From Callorhinchus milii (taxonomy: Eukaryota), in NCBI RefSeq assembly GCF_018977255.1, contig NW_024704743.1, forward strand, positions 72,170,001 through 72,234,000: 64,000 bases of DNA. Reading direction: 5' to 3'. Positions 57,101 through 64,000 of this stretch are shown one piece after another; the stretch's first letter is position 1, and every line of letters begins with the position of its first letter. The position numbers and the translations under genes were made by a program. The notes under the pieces are model-generated. The model saw nothing but the letters and a program-made list of their open reading frames with translations. It ran no database searches and was not told the DNA's origin.

Positions 57101-60100
57101 CTGGAACAGCCCAGATAACCAGTTCACACATCAACAAACCCTTACTCAGAGGCCACTCTTATAAAAAGGCCATTTTGGCTCAGTCCCCTGAGTGGTTGTT
57201 GAAGACAGATTTGACAGTCAGCATAATTCTTTTTATGAAATTCTCTTTAGAAATATTTAAAAGTATTTGATAATAGCTGAATTGAAGATAATTGTGATTT
57301 AAAATATATTCAAGATCAATGAGGCAACAAAATGTTAGGCTGAGGGGGAAGAAAATTCATTTTTGATCTGATAATTTACTGTTTGGATTATGCAAAGCTC
57401 CCTTTATACCACATTGTAATTTGTGTGGTGTTGCTCAAGAAACAACACTGAATAAACACTTAGCAAGAAAACAGTAGCAACTAAAACTTTGATGACAAAT
57501 TATTATTTGGGACTTTTACTATCTCAATACTAAAATGCTCCACCTGCTTTGTACACTTGTTCAGGGTGGAGAACTGCAACGCAAGAAGATTAAATTTACG
57601 CATTTATAATTTATCCATAAAGAAACATTAATATTTGTCACAAATATTCCAACTACCATTAGTTCTTCTGAATGTTGTTGTTCTACATCACCAACAGCGC
57701 AGATGTCAGCCATTTGTACTTCAGACACATTTACTTCAGACCTAGATAAGATTGAAGGAAAACAAAAACATCAATGTGAGCTTGATAATTTGAGTCAGTG
57801 AATTTAATTGCTGAAACTTTTAATAATTGCTTATTTTACTCTGACATTATCACCATATTTATTAAACATTGACAAATAATGTTCCAAGTTACCAGCATGC
57901 TACCTTATCTACTTAATCATGAAAAGCTTTTAGTTCTCCACAAATGTGACAGTATTATTCATTACTGCTAATGTGTTTGGTACATTTTCATCTGGCTTGG
58001 GAAGATAAACACTGAAAAAGAAACAGTTGAATCTATGTCTTTTTGGTTCAAACTCTACTGAAAGGGCTCTGATGCTAACCACTTTGGACAGGACAGATAT
58101 ACCTAGGAGCTATCGTTAGAACATTAAGTTCCTCCCTGGAGAGCCCACTGAGATGCTGCCCGCATGAAAGCTGCTATATAAATGCAAGATGTTGCTGTTG
58201 TTTTTGTTGTTGTTGAGATAGCACATATAAGCAGGAGAAGTCTGATCCAATATTAGTAGCGTCAGTGACTATGTTGTTCAGGAGCGAATACTCCTTCAAC
58301 CCAAGCAAGCTAGGTTAGCAGTGTCACCTGGGGAAAATGATCACCCTGGAATTGTTTCACGTTCTCCAGACACAGTTCCCAGGCAAAATAGCAAACTCGT
58401 AATGAAAGATTTGCATTAAAGTTCCCATATCTGCATCTTTCAAATAATCAGCTAGATTCCTGTTGTTGACATGCAAGAATTTACATCGAATTACACAAAA
58501 TGTATGGAAACAGGCCATTTGGCCCAACTAGTTCATGTTGGTGTTTATAATAATAATAATTCTTGCATTTGCATTTTGATATAACTCTTTATCACACTGT
58601 CAAGATGTCTCATAGCACTTCACAGGATATACTGTATATCTTGTGGATGAAATGCAAAGAGGAAAACAGTACGTTTTATGAGTTAACATAACATTGAATT
58701 GATACTGTTGTCGTAGTGTTTAACATCCTCAAGGGGGAGACACGCACTTTCTGCACATATCTGATACTTAGAATAATAATTTAAAAGTGTTTTTGGTAGG
58801 TTTCAAAAGTGTAATCAACCTCCTGTGTACAGTAGCTGATTATATATATCTATCTGCTTCCCTAGTACTTGTAATTGTTTTCTGAACTCGCTGCCAGTGG
58901 TCTGTTTTGTAAAGCAGTTAAATAAATAGAAGCATTAATTTTAGTGCATTTTTCTTTAATTTAGAGAAGTGTCAGCTTGGCTCAATCAGTAGCTCTGTGT
59001 GAGAAGATTGTATGTTCAAGCCCCATGATGGGTCATAGACTTAGCTGACACGACAATGACTGCTGCATTGTCAGAGGAGCCATCCTATGAGTTAAACCAA
59101 GTTCCCATCTGCCTACGCATTGGTTTCTCTCGGTGACCTTGGCAACAATTTTCCACGTAAAATTGGTCATTCACTTCAGGGCTTTTTGTGGGACATTGCT
59201 GTGTGCGAATTAGCTGCCGTGTTCGAGTATAAATACATGGTTACTACACTTGACAGAGAATTCTGAAGTACTTTGAGATATTCTTGATGTAATAATGTTA
59301 TATTATTATTTAGCATTTCAAATTCAATCTATTTATCGTCATAATTCAGTCGTCATAATTCAGTGTCCTGGGATCATCGTCATGACTAGTCATAGGCCCA
59401 CAAAATTCGAAAACTTTGACTGATTGCAGGAGTTTGAATTTGTCTCAACATCAAATTACGTTTATATAAGCACCTTTCACGTCAGAAGTATGTTCCAAGG
59501 CGCTGGACAGTTAAGGATTTGCACCTGAGCTGGGAGTTGGAATCAAGAGGGGTGGAGTGTAGTGGGGTGGGAGGGTGGCCAAAGGTACGATCAAAGAGGA
59601 ATGTCTTGAGACGGGCCTTGAAGGATGTAGTGGAGGGGGCGTGACAGAGGGATTCCAGGATGCAGTGCCTGACGAGTGGACATGATGGTATGGTGCTAAG
59701 AGGTTAATAATAATAATAATCTTTGCATTTGATATAGCGCTTTTCACGTCGGGAGGACGTCTCAAAGCGCTTCACAGAACATACTGTAGAGTGAATTGAC
59801 TGTACATTTGTGGGTGAAACGCGGCAGCCAATTGTGCACAGCATTGTCCCATAAAGAGTCATGGATTGAAAATGACCAATTTATTATTGTGTTGGTTTTT
59901 GGAGGGATTATTAGGCGTGTGGAGTAAGGAAACTTGCCCAAGGTTTCGCTCTGCTTGGAATTGAACCCAGGTGTCTCGCTTGCGAGGTGAGTGCTCTAAC
60001 CACTGAGCTACAGGACTCCACAGGTTGCAGAGGAAGGGAGGAATACGACTGGGTGGTGGGGGGGGGGGGGGGGGGCTTTAAAAGTGAGATGAGGATTTTA

Positions 60101-63100
60101 AACTTGATCCTCCAAGGAATTGGGAGCCAGTGCAGCCGGGGGTTATCGGTTCACAGAGTTTGGTACGGGAGAGGATACGAGCTGCAGTTCTGAATAATCT
60201 GCAGCTTGTGGATGAACAGGGAGTTAGCTGTTCAGCTTTCCCCCACCTCTGTAATACTGCCTGCCTCTGCCACGATCTCTCCCTTCAACCTCTAAGACCC
60301 TCATCCATGCTTTCATTACATCCAGGCTTGACGATGCTCACTCCCTGCTCGCCTGCAGAACAACTCTACAGCTTGTGTCCTTTCCTGCACTGGGCTCTAC
60401 AAGCCTATCAAACTTATTCTCGCCCAGTTCCCCTGGCTCTCCATCCCCCCACAGGATCGAGTTCAAGATCTTCATTCGCACTGGCCTGCTTCACGTCGCC
60501 CGCTCTGTCCACCCCACCATCAGCAGTAATCAGGCGTTCAGCCTTTCTGCCCCCACTCTCTGAAACTTCATCCCGAAGTCCCTTCGCCTCGCCTCTTTCC
60601 TTGCTTTCTTCAAGGTTGAATCAAGATCTTCCTCTTTGACTCTTCTTTGGTCATCTCCTCATTCCCCCCCCCATTGGCCCCCACACTCCCGAATCTAATC
60701 ACCAACTCGGGTGTAAACCCTTGACTGTCCAGTCCTTGGGACATCCCCCGACATGAAGTGTTTTATAAATGCAATTTGTTGTTGAGTTAATTTTGCTATG
60801 TTATTCAGCTTATTTTCCATAATATAACACCATGGAGTGTCGGCATACCTCTTATCAAGTTACTTTCTTAAGTGAAAACTTTCCTACCCTGGAATAGCCA
60901 GTACCTGCTCCTCATGCACTGTCAATCCTCTGTAACATCGCCTGACTCCGCCACTACCTCACCCCTCAGGCTGCTGAAACTCTTGCTCATGCCTTCATAA
61001 CCTCCAGGCTCGACTGCCCTGCTTGTCGGCCTTCCCAACTCCTCCCTCCACAGGCTGCAGATAATCCAGAACTCTGCAGCCCGTGTCCTCTCCCGCACCA
61101 AACCCGGTGACCCCATCTCCCCCATTCTCGCCCGACTCCATTGGCTCCCTATCCTTCAGAGGATCCAGTTCAAGATCCTGGTCCTCACCGACAAAGCCCT
61201 CCATGACCTCGCCCCACCCTACCTCTGTGACTTCCTAACCTCCTACCAACCCGCCCGCTCCCTCCGCTCCACGTCCCCCGACCCACCCGCCCCACCATTG
61301 GCGGAAGAGCCTTCAGCCACTCTGTCCCCAACCTCTAGAATTCCATCCCCCAATCACTCCGCCTCGCCCCCTCTTTAGCCTCCTTCAAGTTCCACCTCAA
61401 AACCCTCCTCTTCGACCGTGCCATTGGCCACCCCCCTTCCCCTCCCCTCCCTTACCCCCACAATCCCAGCTCGGGTCTGAAATGCTGTACACTGTCCAGC
61501 GCCTTGGGACGTCCTCCCGACGTGAAAGACCCTATACAAATGTAATCTTGTTGTTGTTATGCAATGTTATTTTTCTTTCTAGAGCTCGATTTCAGAAATC
61601 ATATTATACTTAAAATTTTGATACAGATAATGCTATTCAAAAAACAATTCAAATAAACTGATCACTTTGATGTAGTTTTCTGGGAAGACAAGTTACTTTA
61701 ATTGCTTACTAGCTCCTGGGGGAGGCAACTGCTTTAGTATTTCTGAAGAAATCTGAGGAAATAAATTAAGTAATTGTAGTGATGCTTCTTTATGCGTGTA
61801 CAACTGTCTCAATATGTTGTAAACTGCATTAAAACATTTTTTATTACCAAACAAAATCTTTCAAGACTTAACAAACCCACTCTTTTTTTTGGCTTCCTAA
61901 CCTCATCTATCATTCTTATCCTAAAATTAAAATTGACTGAAGCAATAAGGTTAAATAGATTTGGACTGTTTTCTTATCTCCCATCAACTCTTTACAAAGC
62001 ATTTTTGTCAGACCAACTGGCCTTCTCCTGTTTCTATGTTACCAATGGAACTAAGCATTTTATTTGCTTTTGTTTTTATTCAGTCAAGTACTGATAGTTA
62101 CTTTGGATTATTTTTGACTTTTGTCACCAGCATCTGTGTGATGCATCCTTTAGCAAATAAAGACATTTAATTCTTTGGTCATATATTATTTACATTTATA
62201 TATTACATAACTGAACCTACAGAATTCAAAAAGATTCAAATAATTATGAAGCTGGTTATTTATTCATTGTTCTGTCTCCCATTTTCATACCATTGTCAAA
62301 TTTCGCCATTTTACTCATCATATCCACAACCATTATACAATGATCTGTCTGTAATAGCAAAAGTCCTAAGACAAACCCTTGGGCTGTCAGCTCCCCACTA
62401 TGGGCTAATACTTTCTTTCTTTGACTCTTAGTTTTTCTCAATAAATTAGCAACCTTACAGTGAGTTTCTTTTGGATTTAAAAAAAATTGTTGCATACCCT
62501 CAATACTGTTCCTTGTATTCATAACTGCCCATATTCTTTAATTTAATTTTCAAATAGCCAGAATTCATTTAGTTTATAGCATCACTATCAGTTCCTTAAA
62601 TAATTTGCACTTTTCTACTGCTGATCAACCAAGCGTTATTGTGCTCCAATTAACATTTCAACGTAGGGTGGTGGTCAAACTCAAATTGTTGCCTACCTGG
62701 ATTGTGGAATTGAAGCAGTCACTTTTTGCAGCTCCTGTTGTAGTCCAAGGATGTCTGCAGTGTATTTCTCCTCAGTTTCTTTGCACTGCTGTTCGTGAGT
62801 AGCCCGAAGATTTTCTATTTCCTGTATATGTTGCTCCGTTAGCTGTGCCTGTTGTTCATTAAACTCCTGTTTCAGCTTTTCAATCTCTTGAAGCCGAGCT
62901 GACCGGACTTGTAATTGCTCCTTAAGATCTAAAAAACAGTTGCAGAAAAGCAAACACCAATTTTGTTTCCTTATGTGACACTTGTTTCCGAAGCGTGCTC
63001 ATTATTCCCAACACAAGTTAGGTTTCAAACTGTCATTGTGATAGAAATTGTAAAATGCAAAACAAAAATAAGATTTACCATTAAGATCTCCTGAACTGGC

Positions 63101-63585
63101 ACGTGCGCTTTCGATTTGAATTTGGAAGCTGGCAGTCTCCTCTTCAGTACGTAACTGCAAATTGACATATGCAGCCTGCAGATCTTCAATCTATAATTAC
63201 AATCAGGATTCAAAAGGAAAGACTAAATGAGACTCTCTCCTTAGAATAAAATGACACTGTGCATTTTAGATCCATGCATATGCCCTGACATCACAAGAAA
63301 AACAAACATTCTAGCTTTGTAAATCTGTAATATTAATCATTATACAATTAAGCTGCCTCTGAAAATGATAGTCTTATTTGCCTGGCTTTTATTTTTTCAA
63401 AGATATTTCTAAAGAATAAATCAACAAAACTTTATTAAAAAACTGATCATAATTGGATATCATATCGCATACAGGACATTTGCTTACCTGTTGACGGTCA
63501 TCAATGAGTTGTATTTGAAGAGCTTTTAGTCGACTATATTCCTCAACTATCTTTCTATGGAACATCTGCAGTTTTGTTTGTATTG
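1..63585 (-). CDS. AKAP9: AKAP9 (A-kinase anchor protein 9 / AKAP450 / CG-NAP), partial multi-exon gene, 30 coding exons in window
   Basis: Spliced translation is collinear with recalled human AKAP9 blocks ([132 protein letters not shown]). All introns are GT-AG with matching phases. Confidence 0.97.
764..986 (-). CDS. AKAP9: AKAP9 exon ([22 protein letters not shown]...ETLR)
   Basis: 223 nt, phase 1 to 2. Confidence 0.94.
1684..1970 (-). mobile_element. L2 3' end
   Basis: (CAA)n tail, GGGACGTCCTCCTGACGTGAAAGG terminus, purine-rich internal duplication. Confidence 0.9.
3120..3276 (-). CDS. AKAP9: AKAP9 exon ([23 protein letters not shown]...RNL)
   Basis: 157 nt, phase 0 to 1. Confidence 0.9.
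3880..4390 (+). mobile_element. Degenerate CR1 LINE 3' fragment
   Basis: CR1-like end (GGAGATTATCTATTGGAGGTCTTAAAATT..GAGGGTTATTAGAACATGAAAT). Confidence 0.6.
4932..5096 (-). CDS. AKAP9: AKAP9 exon ([22 protein letters not shown]...QEQ)
   Basis: 165 nt, phase 0 to 0. Confidence 0.93.
6030..6218 (-). CDS. AKAP9: AKAP9 exon ([18 protein letters not shown]...WLQERRA...ETK)
   Basis: 189 nt, phase 0 to 0. Confidence 0.94.
7424..7584 (-). CDS. AKAP9: AKAP9 exon ([18 protein letters not shown]...FPDKIK)
   Basis: 161 nt, phase 1 to 0; reading frame differs from the ORF track call. Confidence 0.9.
8040..8770 (-). mobile_element. Degenerate L2 fragment
   Basis: [17 protein letters not shown] and [10 protein letters not shown] similarity to L2 ORF2. 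Confidence 0.75.
8845..8896 (-). CDS. AKAP9: AKAP9 small exon ([17 protein letters not shown])
   Basis: 52 nt, phase 0 to 1, G|gtaaga donor; needed for phase continuity. Confidence 0.85.
9349..9576 (+). mobile_element. tRNA-Ala(TGC)-derived SINE, 3'-truncated
   Basis: A-box TAGCTCAGTGG, CTCGC-TTTGCAA-GCGAG arm, B-box GTTCAATTCC, shared body. Confidence 0.92.
9946..10386 (-). CDS. AKAP9: AKAP9 exon ([10 protein letters not shown]...[13 protein letters not shown]...SRE)
   Basis: 441 nt, phase 0 to 0. Confidence 0.94.
11025..11192 (-). CDS. AKAP9: AKAP9 exon (FNEKEGRQ...KLQEDLQ)
   Basis: 168 nt, phase 0 to 0. Confidence 0.92.
11765..12916 (-). CDS. AKAP9: AKAP9 large exon ([19 protein letters not shown]...KFPH) containing RII-binding helix 2
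   Basis: 1152 nt, phase 0 to 0, CAC|gtgagt donor; [20 protein letters not shown] resembles human KIVEEKVAAALVSQIQLEAV. Confidence 0.95.
13060..13245. mobile_element. Partial second copy of the 55685-55934 element, opposite orientation
   Basis: AGAGTGCATCCCATTCC, ATGTGTAGGCGG and TTGGATACTCTTAAACACGATGATGGGTTTCCGCATGTC..CGGCTGAC match its reverse complement. Confidence 0.65.
13413..13592 (-). CDS. AKAP9: AKAP9 exon (NEVESLQQ...ITSHNK)
   Basis: 180 nt, phase 0 to 0. Confidence 0.93.
13709..14170 (-). mobile_element. L2 3' fragment
   Basis: [25 protein letters not shown]2 tail. Confidence 0.92.
14946..15098 (-). CDS. AKAP9: AKAP9 exon ([15 protein letters not shown]...RLQ)
   Basis: 153 nt, phase 0 to 0. 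Confidence 0.95.
16215..16350 (-). mobile_element. SINE 3' fragment (others near 15335-15610, 30240-30345, 50345-50650, 55095-55500)
   Basis: Shared CAGTCAATTCACTTTACAGTATATTCTGTGAAG tail block. Confidence 0.85.
17164..17330 (-). mobile_element. Ancient non-LTR RT remnant
   Basis: [12 protein letters not shown] (FADD motif). Confidence 0.5.
17554..17658 (-). CDS. AKAP9: AKAP9 exon ([12 protein letters not shown]...LERKAKE)
   Basis: 105 nt, phase 0 to 0. Confidence 0.92.
18234..18410 (-). CDS. AKAP9: AKAP9 exon ([19 protein letters not shown]...PIQK)
   Basis: 177 nt, phase 0 to 0. Confidence 0.95.
19524..19643 (-). CDS. AKAP9: AKAP9 exon ([19 protein letters not shown]...NRE)
   Basis: 120 nt, phase 0 to 0. 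Confidence 0.95.
19700..20215 (+). mobile_element. Degenerate, internally deleted L2
   Basis: [24 protein letters not shown] and tail remnant. Confidence 0.7.
20363..20595 (-). CDS. AKAP9: AKAP9 exon ([12 protein letters not shown]...RKFLD)
   Basis: 233 nt, phase 1 to 0. Confidence 0.95.
22409..22444 (-). CDS. AKAP9: AKAP9 36-nt symmetric cassette microexon ([13 protein letters not shown])
   Basis: ctttttgttctcctag acceptor, G|gtgtgt donor, phase 1 to 1; resembles the recalled mammalian isoform insert RLVDAAVDAAPGAE. Confidence 0.85.
23685..24952 (+). mobile_element. L2-clade LINE 3' portion with RT domain remnant
   Basis: [30 protein letters not shown] and [13 protein letters not shown] motifs; C-rich 3'UTR and (TTG)n tail. 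Confidence 0.95.
25440..25492. repeat. 23-bp inverted repeat with 7-nt loop
   Basis: TTTCTGAGCAAACAGAAAGTCAT-ACTTCAG-ATGACTTTCTGTTTGCTTAGAAA, one mismatch. Confidence 0.9.
25740..26160 (-). mobile_element. L2 3' fragment
   Basis: L2 tail and ORF2 end similarity. Confidence 0.88.
26697..26842 (-). mobile_element. CR1 3' end
   Basis: ATCATAGAATCATAGAA terminal repeat typical of CR1. Confidence 0.8.
26921..27133 (-). CDS. AKAP9: AKAP9 exon ([10 protein letters not shown]...AGTVEL)
   Basis: 213 nt, phase 1 to 1. Confidence 0.95.
27537..27845 (+). mobile_element. tRNA-derived SINE, full length, L2-like tail
   Basis: Head, body and GGATTATTATT end. Confidence 0.95.
28190..28530 (+). mobile_element. 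Deu-domain (SacSINE1-like) SINE, degenerate; related copies near 20960-21260, 38545-39380, 44100-44245, 58975-59300
   Basis: GCTCAGTGGTAG head and CAGGTGGAC(G/A)TTAAAGATCC core, recalled as typical of DeuSINEs. Confidence 0.7.
28533..29013 (+). mobile_element. L2 3' fragment
   Basis: [35 protein letters not shown]; (TTG)n tail. Confidence 0.93.
30897..31247 (+). mobile_element. tRNA-derived SINE, longer variant
   Basis: Same family with an extra internal segment. Confidence 0.9.
31260..31425 (-). mobile_element. tRNA-derived SINE 5' half (long variant)
   Basis: Reverse-complement head ending CTACAGGA. Confidence 0.82.
32092..32254 (-). CDS. AKAP9: AKAP9 exon ([15 protein letters not shown]...LHKAE)
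   Basis: 163 nt, phase 0 to 1. Confidence 0.95.
32411..32480 (-). mobile_element. Very short L2 3' end abutting the BRD1 pseudogene
   Basis: ACAACAACAA tail plus GGGAGGACATCCCAAGGCGCTGGACAG. Confidence 0.8.
32499..34573 (+). pseudogene. BRD1: BRD1 (BRPF2) pseudogene fragment: N-terminal EPC-like region and PHD-Zn knuckle-PHD, antisense within an AKAP9 intron
   Basis: Translates as [102 protein letters not shown], matching recalled BRD1. It carries several stops and frameshifts and an L2 insertion. Confidence 0.93.
33307..34044 (+). mobile_element. 5'-truncated L2 LINE inserted in the BRD1 pseudogene, with ~13-bp TSD
   Basis: ORF2 C-terminus ([19 protein letters not shown]), (TTG)n tail; TATTTTGTGCACA 33294-33306 and TATTTTGTGCCCA 34045-34057. 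Confidence 0.92.
34680..34920 (+). mobile_element. Degenerate L2 3' end
   Basis: GGCTTTCAGCC..TCTGGAACTCCATT..GTGCTATATAAATG. Confidence 0.75.
35363..35740. mobile_element. Two tail-to-tail SINE 3' halves forming a near-palindrome
   Basis: + copy 35363-35530, - copy 35531-35740. Confidence 0.92.
36895..37348 (+). mobile_element. L2 3' fragment
   Basis: [18 protein letters not shown]2 tail. Confidence 0.9.
37440..37740 (-). mobile_element. CR1 3' fragment
   Basis: GGAATAGGAGTAGG..GATCATGGCTGATCT..GGGAGAGTTCCAGATTTCCACTAC. Confidence 0.75.
38338..38515 (+). mobile_element. L2 3' end
   Basis: C-rich UTR and GGGACGTCCTCCCGACGTGAAAGG tail. Confidence 0.88.
38606..39035 (-). mobile_element. L2 ORF2 fragment nested in a Deu-type SINE
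   Basis: [34 protein letters not shown]. Confidence 0.92.
40889..41146 (-). CDS. AKAP9: Candidate alternative first coding exon of AKAP9 ([10 protein letters not shown]...SLPSPPYT, 86 aa)
   Basis: ATG with G at -3 and an in-frame TGA 9 codons upstream; 258 nt open; ACA|GTGAGT donor in phase 0, matching the phase-0 acceptor at 32254; no recognisable repeats nearby. Confidence 0.55.
41810..42060 (-). promoter_or_regulatory. Candidate internal promoter: MEF2 site, E-boxes, CRE half-site, GC box
   Basis: CTAAAAATAA 41960-41969, CAGCTG 42053-42058, TGACGT 41874-41869, GGGCGG 41841-41836, E-box 41813-41818; all upstream of the candidate first exon. Confidence 0.4.
42195..42675 (-). mobile_element. 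L2 3' fragment (different subfamily)
   Basis: [24 protein letters not shown]. Confidence 0.88.
42822..43118 (+). mobile_element. tRNA-derived SINE, full length
   Basis: Head, body and tail. Confidence 0.92.
43725..44039 (-). mobile_element. tRNA-derived SINE, full length
   Basis: Reverse complement of the family sequence. Confidence 0.93.
45107..45330 (-). CDS. AKAP9: AKAP9 exon (KLSDSYH...[19 protein letters not shown])
   Basis: 224 nt, phase 1 to 0. Confidence 0.94.
47978..48198 (-). CDS. AKAP9: AKAP9 exon ([32 protein letters not shown]...)
   Basis: 221 nt, phase 2 to 1, G|gtatgt donor. Confidence 0.93.
48935..49195 (+). mobile_element. L2 3' end
   Basis: [13 protein letters not shown]; tail. 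Confidence 0.9.
49300..49412 (-). CDS. AKAP9: AKAP9 exon ([12 protein letters not shown]...VLARER)
   Basis: 113 nt, phase 0 to 2. Confidence 0.85.
49905..50045 (-). CDS. AKAP9: AKAP9 exon ([16 protein letters not shown]...NSTQTDK)
   Basis: 141 nt, phase 0 to 0; resembles human NENLVSERER...NSSTQT. Confidence 0.9.
51347..51547 (-). CDS. AKAP9: AKAP9 exon (GRKDSDF...[11 protein letters not shown]...AQLAE)
   Basis: 201 nt, phase 0 to 0. Confidence 0.93.
51963..52305 (-). mobile_element. tRNA-derived SINE, long variant
   Basis: Contains the extra internal segment. Confidence 0.88.
53025..53265 (-). mobile_element. L2 3' end
   Basis: Tail and ORF2 end similarity. Confidence 0.82.
53785..54246 (-). 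CDS. AKAP9: AKAP9 exon ([18 protein letters not shown]...ETEK)
   Basis: 462 nt, phase 0 to 0, AAG|gtaagt donor. Confidence 0.93.
55685..55934. mobile_element. Non-autonomous foldback/MITE-like element with ~37-bp imperfect terminal inverted repeats
   Basis: GTCAGCCGGGTATCTGACACATGCAGAAACCCATCAC versus the reverse complement of GTGATGGGTTCCTGCATGTATCTGACACCTGGCTGAC. Confidence 0.7.
56069..56390 (+). mobile_element. tRNA-derived SINE, full length
   Basis: Head, body and (TTA)n tail, next to a (TA)n run. Confidence 0.95.
56565..56939 (-). CDS. AKAP9: AKAP9 exon (LDTELDSTF...HMHEEIAK), first half of RII-binding helix 1
   Basis: 375 nt, phase 0 to 0; ends [16 protein letters not shown], like human LLEKQYQEQLEEEVAK. 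Confidence 0.92.
57657..57741 (-). CDS. AKAP9: AKAP9 exon ([28 protein letters not shown])
   Basis: 85 nt, phase 2 to 0, fits both neighbours. Confidence 0.8.
59450..60210 (-). mobile_element. Degenerate L2 interrupted by a SINE
   Basis: L2 tail near 59455 and ORF2-like sequence at 60020-60210, flanking a full SINE. Confidence 0.75.
59706..60018 (-). mobile_element. tRNA-derived SINE, full length, nested in L2
   Basis: Reverse complement of the family sequence. Confidence 0.93.
60235..60785 (+). mobile_element. Degenerate L2 3' fragment
   Basis: [17 protein letters not shown]; tail. Confidence 0.82.
60930..61560 (+). mobile_element. L2 3' fragment
   Basis: Highly similar to the 13709-14170 copy in the opposite orientation. 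Confidence 0.92.
62697..62928 (-). CDS. AKAP9: AKAP9 exon ([19 protein letters not shown]...IPQSR)
   Basis: 232 nt, phase 1 to 2, coiled-coil ORF 62693..62953. Confidence 0.9.
63079..63190 (-). CDS. AKAP9: AKAP9 exon ([18 protein letters not shown]...GDLN)
   Basis: 112 nt, phase 0 to 1; needed to reconcile the phases of the flanking exons. Confidence 0.85.
63488..63585 (-). CDS. AKAP9: AKAP9 exon ([32 protein letters not shown])
   Basis: tag acceptor, CAG|gtaagc donor, 98 nt, phase 1 to 0. Confidence 0.85.
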
Positions 63586-64000
63586 CTATAACAGAAATAA
63601 TGACTGATAATCAGATTTCAAATCTTTAATTATCAACCAAAGGAAACAGTTGGGATCTGAGCCATGTTAGAGACATTGCTCATTATTTAATCAAAGGTCA
63701 TGAAGTCCTAAAAGCACCATATGCTTTATAATGCAGCCTTTCAATAAATAAATGATCTCTTATTAGAATACTTCAAGCTGTATTCTAATGGGAGCTTTAT
63801 TACAAAACAGTTTTTAACGTTGATGAAATTGCTTACAATTTTGTTGCAACAGTCAAAGGTGGAGCAAAATCAATTCATCCCTCAAGAATTCAATGACCAT
63901 TATGCACCATACATCCCAAGGTAATGATTTTTCATACATTATGCTGACTTCTGTGACTAGACTATTCATCATTTCACAATATATGTTAAATAAATCAAAT

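Noticed and set aside
1..64000. CRISPR array or prokaryotic defence system
   Set aside because: Repeats are dispersed SINE/LINE copies without regular spacers, and the locus is a spliced vertebrate gene.

Overview
Vertebrate genomic DNA, most likely a cartilaginous fish (inferred from the L2/CR1 LINEs and the SacSINE1/Deu-type and tRNA-Ala SINEs). The whole window lies inside AKAP9 (AKAP450/CG-NAP) on the minus strand. I reconstructed 30 coding exons by hand (about 6.46 kb CDS, about 2150 codons). All have GT-AG boundaries and compatible phases, and they include both PKA-RII-binding helices and a 36-nt cassette microexon. Both gene ends lie outside the window. The introns hold many L2 3' fragments, CR1 remnants, two SINE families and a small foldback element. 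Best leads: (1) a candidate internal promoter (MEF2, E-box, CRE and GC-box motifs) plus an 86-codon alternative first exon (41146-40889) that splices in frame into AKAP9 and predicts an N-terminally truncated isoform; (2) a weaker second candidate first exon at 46298-46208; (3) a decayed antisense BRD1 copy that seems to cover only the large first coding exon and is split by an L2 with a target-site duplication; (4) SINE subfamilies that keep the L2 3' stem but differ in its loop. Homology calls rest on recalled protein sequences, not database searches.
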